Origin: an uncultured delta proteobacterium
Lineage (GTDB): Bacteria; Myxococcota_A; Polyangia; Polyangiales; Houyiibacteriaceae
Length of the DNA: 64,000 nt
Assembly: GCA_963786865.1 (NCBI GenBank)
Contig: CAWBAV010000006.1
Location: 436,592 to 500,591 of the forward strand
Direction of reading: 5' to 3'
The notes beneath the pieces are model-generated. The model saw nothing but the letters and a program-made list of their open reading frames with translations, was not told the origin of the DNA and did not search any database. Made by a program: the position numbers and the translations under genes. Below, in pieces: positions 59,937-64,000 of the stretch. Positions within the stretch are counted from its first letter, which is position 1, and every line of letters starts with the position of its first letter.

Positions 59937-60914
59937 TCAGGCAGGCCAGACCCGCTCGATCAGCCAGACCATCGCCACCAGGTCGAGGGCTGTCAGGATC
60001 CCGAAAAAAACCAGCCAGGGAAAACCGTTCGGGACGACGCGTAGCATGGCCTGGATGAGGCCCCGGCTGTGCCCGTTGAGGACCGGAAACGATTGGTCGT
60101 AGTTCGCGTGATGGATCTGGTGCACCGCGGGCGGAAGCAAGATGTGATGTTCCTGAAGCCAGACGGCGATCTTCGGGCGACGTCGCGGCGCGGTATGCGT
60201 GAGCCGATGCGAGAGCTGATTCGCGTAGCCGAATGAGTATCCAACACCAGCCACCATGAACGCCACTGGGGTGAACCCACAGATGCCAAAAAGGAAGATC
60301 GACTTGACGAGAAGCAAGACGTTGAGGTCACCCCAGACATCCAAGAGGCGCCGAGTCGAGATGTCGTAGGCGAAGGTGTGGTGCCACTGGAACTCCACGC
60401 AGGGGACGCCGATCACGGGAAGGCGGACGAAGCGTGGGTTATCGAGGACGACGTGCAGGACGCCACTATAGAAGTCGATATAGAAGTACATCACGACGAA
60501 GGTCGCGAGCAGGGCGAGAGGGTTCGGGGCCTGCACGATGCCGTAGATGCAAGTGGCCAGGACGAGGAAGACGAAGGGCTTGAACCGCCGCTGGTAGACG
60601 GAGTGGTCGTGCTCGGCCACCCAGGCCATCTCCTCGGGGAGCGTCTCTCCATCCGTGGCGGCCTGAGCGATCCGCTTGGCAACGAGGACGTTCAGCCAAT
60701 CGTTCATATTGGCGTACGACTCCTTGCGGGTGTCGAATTCTGGAGCGGCGACGACGGTGGGCACTGCGATGGCCTTCTCTCGATCCAGCGCGGCACCGGG
60801 TCGGTTAGGTTCGACAAAGCAAGACCCGCCGGTAGAAGGGCAGTGCTGCGCGCCTCCGAGATCCGCACGGGACGCGTCGAGCGGAGAGTGCCTCGGAGCG
60901 ATCGATTCTGGCAA
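59937..60914 (-). CDS. carF: CarF/TMEM189 (PEDS1)-family membrane lipid desaturase
   Basis: His-box pattern FQWHH, ANQLSHRLTHT, LQEHHILLPP and HQIHH. From memory, this parallels ANQIHKWSHT / LQDWHVILP / HRIHH of TMEM189. The start is uncertain: TTG 60914 or ATG 60707. Confidence 0.8.
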   Translation of the reverse strand: MPESIAPRHSPLDASRADLGGAQHCPSTGGSCFVEPNRPGAALDREKAIAVPTVVAAPEFDTRKESYANMNDWLNVLVAKRIAQAATDGETLPEEMAWVAEHDHSVYQRRFKPFVFLVLATCIYGIVQAPNPLALLATFVVMYFYIDFYSGVLHVVLDNPRFVRLPVIGVPCVEFQWHHTFAYDISTRRLLDVWGDLNVLLLVKSIFLFGICGFTPVAFMVAGVGYSFGYANQLSHRLTHTAPRRRPKIAVWLQEHHILLPPAVHQIHHANYDQSFPVLNGHSRGLIQAMLRVVPNGFPWLVFFGILTALDLVAMVWLIERVWPA

Positions 60915-60933
60915 ACCCTTGGGGGAAGGGTCG

Positions 60934-61524
60934 CTATTTGATCGAAAAACCGAACCAGACTTGGCCTTCGACGCTGGAGCCCCAGCCGGCGTTGGTGCCT
61001 TTGACGTCTGCCGATGAGCCGAGGCCGACCGAGCCGAGGCTGAAGGCGTATTCGCCTTTGGGAAGTGTGACCTCTGGGGTCACTTTGTAGCAGCCGTCGC
61101 TGATCTTCGAGAACGTGAGGTCGATCGAGTTGTCGGCGGACTTCTTGTTCTTGCTGCCTCCCCACATGTTCGTCCCGCCTACGGCGAGCTCTCTGTAGTC
61201 CTTCTTCGGGTTGAAAGGATACAGCTTGATCTGCTGGGCAGGGTGGATCTCAGCGTTGAAGGGTTTGAAGGCGAAAGACTGTGAAGGCTTGACGTCGACC
61301 TTTGCGTTTGGGGCCTCGAGGCGGACGCTTTGGTCATAGCCCCTGTAGATGCCCTTCTTCTTCTGCTTCGCGACGGCTTTCTCCATCCCAAGCTCCGTGC
61401 TCGTCTTCCCGTCTTCGCTGATCACCCGGACCATGTTGACGAACTCGGGGCAGACGTCTTCCGCGCTTGCGGTGAGAGGGAGGGAGAAGAGGACGAGGAG
61501 CAAGATGGTCAGGGCGTGTTTCAT
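60934..61524 (-). CDS. Hypothetical secreted protein
   Basis: Clear signal peptide MKHALTILLLVLFSLPLTASA. Lys-rich. Codon usage is visibly less GC3-biased than in neighbouring genes. Confidence 0.65.
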   Translation of the reverse strand: MKHALTILLLVLFSLPLTASAEDVCPEFVNMVRVISEDGKTSTELGMEKAVAKQKKKGIYRGYDQSVRLEAPNAKVDVKPSQSFAFKPFNAEIHPAQQIKLYPFNPKKDYRELAVGGTNMWGGSKNKKSADNSIDLTFSKISDGCYKVTPEVTLPKGEYAFSLGSVGLGSSADVKGTNAGWGSSVEGQVWFGFSIK

Positions 61525-61711
61525 GAAATCATTCCTTCGCTACGACGCTGCCATTAAAACACAAGATGAAGTCGCGAGTCACTACAAACACGTAGTTTCT
61601 GGAAAGACATCGTCGCGGGCACAGAAATCGCTCACCAACACTCCGACCACGGCCGGATGCAACCCGCATGATCGGCTGGCGAAGGCTCGGCCGGAGAGAT
61701 AGGTTTCACCG

Positions 61712-62113
61712 ATGGATGGCTACCCCGTCGAGCTCGAAATCCCAGTCGCCTGGGGCGACCTAGATGCGTTCGGCCACGTGAACAACACGGTCTATTTCCG
61801 ATGGTTCGAGTCGGCGCGCATGGTGTTCTTCCAGCGCATCGGAATCAGCCCGAACCGACCCGAGAAGGTTGGCCCGATCATGGCGACGACGAGCTGTGAC
61901 TATCTCGTGCCGGTCGAGTACCCGGCCACCGTCATCGTGGGCGCCCGCGTGCAGCGCATCGGCAATACGAGCTTGGTCATGGAGAACGAAGCGACCCTGC
62001 AGGGAACCCCGGTCGCCCGTGGCACTACGGTCATCGTGCTCATCGACTACCGGACTGGCGAGAAGGTGCCCGTGCCCGACGATATGCGTGCGGCAATTGC
62101 GGCACTGAGCTAG
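61712..62113 (+). CDS. Acyl-CoA thioesterase (4HBT/YbgC hotdog fold)
   Basis: VAWGDLDAFGHVNNTVYFRWFE motif. 133 aa. Confidence 0.85.
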   Translation: MDGYPVELEIPVAWGDLDAFGHVNNTVYFRWFESARMVFFQRIGISPNRPEKVGPIMATTSCDYLVPVEYPATVIVGARVQRIGNTSLVMENEATLQGTPVARGTTVIVLIDYRTGEKVPVPDDMRAAIAALS

Positions 62114-62157
62114 AAAGCCTCCACCGAGTGCGGGCGTCGTGGTATCAGAAAGCGACT

Positions 62158-63852
62158 ATGATCCTCCTCAATCCAAAAAAGCACGAGCGCCCCTATCCGG
62201 ACGAGCGCTCACGTGAAGTGATGCTCAAGACCATCGAGTTCTTCGAGCGCAAGGGCAAGCGGCGCATCAAAGAGGACTACCACGCACGGGTCTGGTACGC
62301 GGACTTCCTCGATTTCGTCAAAGAGGAGAAGATCTTCGCGACGATGTGCACGCCGGCAGACCACGGCGCGCCGAATTCGCGATGGGACACTTGGCGGATT
62401 TGCGAGTTCGCCGAGATTCTCGGCTTCTACGGCTTGCAGTACTGGTACACCTACCAGGTCACCGTGCTCGGCCTCGGGCCGATCTGGATGAGTGAGAACG
62501 AGTCGATCAAGCAGCGGGCCGCGCGCGCGCTGGAGCAGGGTGGAATATTTGCGTTTGGGCTCTCTGAGAAGGAGCACGGCGCCGATGTGTACTCTACCGA
62601 CATGACCCTCACCCCGCGCGGGGACGGCAAGTACAGCGCCAGCGGCAGCAAGTACTACATCGGCAACGGGAACAAGGCGGCAATCGTCTCGACTTTCGGC
62701 AAACTTGCGGACTCCGGCGAATACGTCTTCTTCGGGGTCGATTCCCAGCACGAGCGCTACAACTTGATCAAGAACGTCTGCGCGAGCCAGAACTACGTCT
62801 CGGAGTTTGCGCTCGACGATTATCCGATCGAGGAGAACGACATCATCGCCAAGGGCGACCATGCATGGAATAGCGCGCTCAACACGGTGAACATCGGGAA
62901 GTACAACCTTGGATGGGCCTCGATCGGCATGTGCACGCATGCGCTCTACGAAGCCATTCATCACGCTTCGAATCGGCGCCTCTACAACATGTACGTGACC
63001 GATTTTCCTCATGTGAAGCAGCTATTCACGGATGCATACGCGCGTCTCACCGCCATGAAGCTATTTGCGCTTCGCGCGGCGGACTACATGCGAGTCGCTT
63101 CGGCGAACGACCGGCGTTACCTGCTCTACAACCCGATGGTGAAGATGAAGGTGACCACACAAGGCGAAGACGTGATGAACCTCATGTGGGACGTCATCGC
63201 CGCAAAGGGATTCGAGAAGGACATGTTCTTCGAGCAGGCCGCGGTGGATATTCGAGCCCTACCAAAGCTCGAGGGCACGGTTCACGTGAACATCGCGCTC
63301 ATCGTGAAATTCATGGCAAACTACTTCTTCGCCCCTGCGGACTATCCAGAGGTCGGCCAGCAAAGTCAGGCGCGCAACGACGATTTCCTTTTCGATCAAG
63401 GTCCGACCAAAGGACTCGGGAAGATCCGTTTCCACGACTACCAGATCGCATACTCGAGCCGTGACACCCCCAACCTCCGTGTCTTCCGCGAGCAGATCGA
63501 GGCCTACAAAGCGATGCTCTTCGCGGCGCCGCCCGACGAAGCGCAGCGAAAGGACATCGACTTCTTGCTGGCAGGAGGCGAGATCTTCGCGCTGGTCGTC
63601 TATGGCCAGCTGATTCTCGAGAACGCAAAGATCTACGACGTCTCCGACGACCTCGTCGATCAGATTTTCGACTTCATGGTGCGCGACTTCTCGCGCCATG
63701 CGTTGAGTCTCCACTCGAAGCCGACCAGCAACGACACACAGATGGCGGCTTGCATGAAGATGATTCGCAAGCCGGTCTTCGATGGAAAACGCTATCAACG
63801 CGTCTGGGAAGAGGTTCACGCACTCCGTGACGAGTACGAGATGAATCCCTGA
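62158..63852 (+). CDS. Acyl-CoA dehydrogenase family protein (long form)
   Basis: GLSEKEHGADVYSTDMTL and GSKYYIGNGN segments typical of ACADs. The ORF opens at GTG 62128; the ATG at 62158 is preferred. Confidence 0.8.
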   Translation: MILLNPKKHERPYPDERSREVMLKTIEFFERKGKRRIKEDYHARVWYADFLDFVKEEKIFATMCTPADHGAPNSRWDTWRICEFAEILGFYGLQYWYTYQVTVLGLGPIWMSENESIKQRAARALEQGGIFAFGLSEKEHGADVYSTDMTLTPRGDGKYSASGSKYYIGNGNKAAIVSTFGKLADSGEYVFFGVDSQHERYNLIKNVCASQNYVSEFALDDYPIEENDIIAKGDHAWNSALNTVNIGKYNLGWASIGMCTHALYEAIHHASNRRLYNMYVTDFPHVKQLFTDAYARLTAMKLFALRAADYMRVASANDRRYLLYNPMVKMKVTTQGEDVMNLMWDVIAAKGFEKDMFFEQAAVDIRALPKLEGTVHVNIALIVKFMANYFFAPADYPEVGQQSQARNDDFLFDQGPTKGLGKIRFHDYQIAYSSRDTPNLRVFREQIEAYKAMLFAAPPDEAQRKDIDFLLAGGEIFALVVYGQLILENAKIYDVSDDLVDQIFDFMVRDFSRHALSLHSKPTSNDTQMAACMKMIRKPVFDGKRYQRVWEEVHALRDEYEMNP

Positions 63853-64000
63853 GCTGAGCTCATTCTCTCGGCGCGTTTTCGTCGAGGAGATCGGGCGCTC
63901 CTTCGGCGCGCTCTGCCTCGACCTGGATGTCGAGCCGCTCGTCTGCTGCGGTGTCGCCTTCTCGGCGAACACTCTCGGCCTGGTGCACGACCTCTTGCGA

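Overview
This is a high-G+C bacterial chromosomal segment that is densely coding and mostly housekeeping. By hand I see no transposase, integrase, CRISPR array, prophage or recognisable defence genes.

Taxonomy is inferred only. A CarF/TMEM189-type plasmalogen desaturase homologue, many lipobox lipoproteins, Gly-rich secreted proteins and a TamAB pair suggest a Myxococcota-like organism.

Housekeeping blocks:
- ilvE, then yajC-secD-secF-recJ
- tilS-ftsH-folP-cdaA-cdaR, with glmM convergent
- tamA-tamB, miaB, lepA, corA
- an RND efflux pair
- cls, and lipid/acyl-CoA genes

RNA genes are a tRNA with a CAT anticodon at 2269-2342 and a canonical initiator tRNA-fMet at 39071-39147.

The non-routine material, in window order:
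1. A ~112-bp structured intergenic repeat brackets the tRNA(CAT) and a zinc-ribbon gene.
2. A hairpin-dense, AT-rich intergenic region (26.8-27.2 kb) looks like a small-RNA locus with C-rich, anti-SD-like loops.
3. An orphan RHH regulator sits upstream of lepA, with a near-consensus promoter and a 16-bp perfect AT palindrome nearby.
4. Two translationally coupled paralogous lipoproteins are built from DxDxDG loops.
5. tRNA-fMet is followed by nested partial copies of itself. These bracket a 7.6-kb glycan-metabolism block containing a GH130-like gene, a clan GH-A hydrolase, a frameshifted GT4, a GT4 fused to an all-alpha domain, and a coupled 42-aa Lys-rich ORF.
6. A secreted parallel beta-helix protein carries two CxxCH motifs and a 9-bp x10 tandem repeat. 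Next to it is a lipoprotein gene whose second codon is TAA.
7. rsmE is disrupted by two frameshifts.

I cannot point to a single clearly novel multi-gene system. The tRNA-fMet-linked glycan block and the sRNA-like locus are the best candidates. All coordinates of hairpins, motifs and alternative starts were counted by hand and need computational confirmation.
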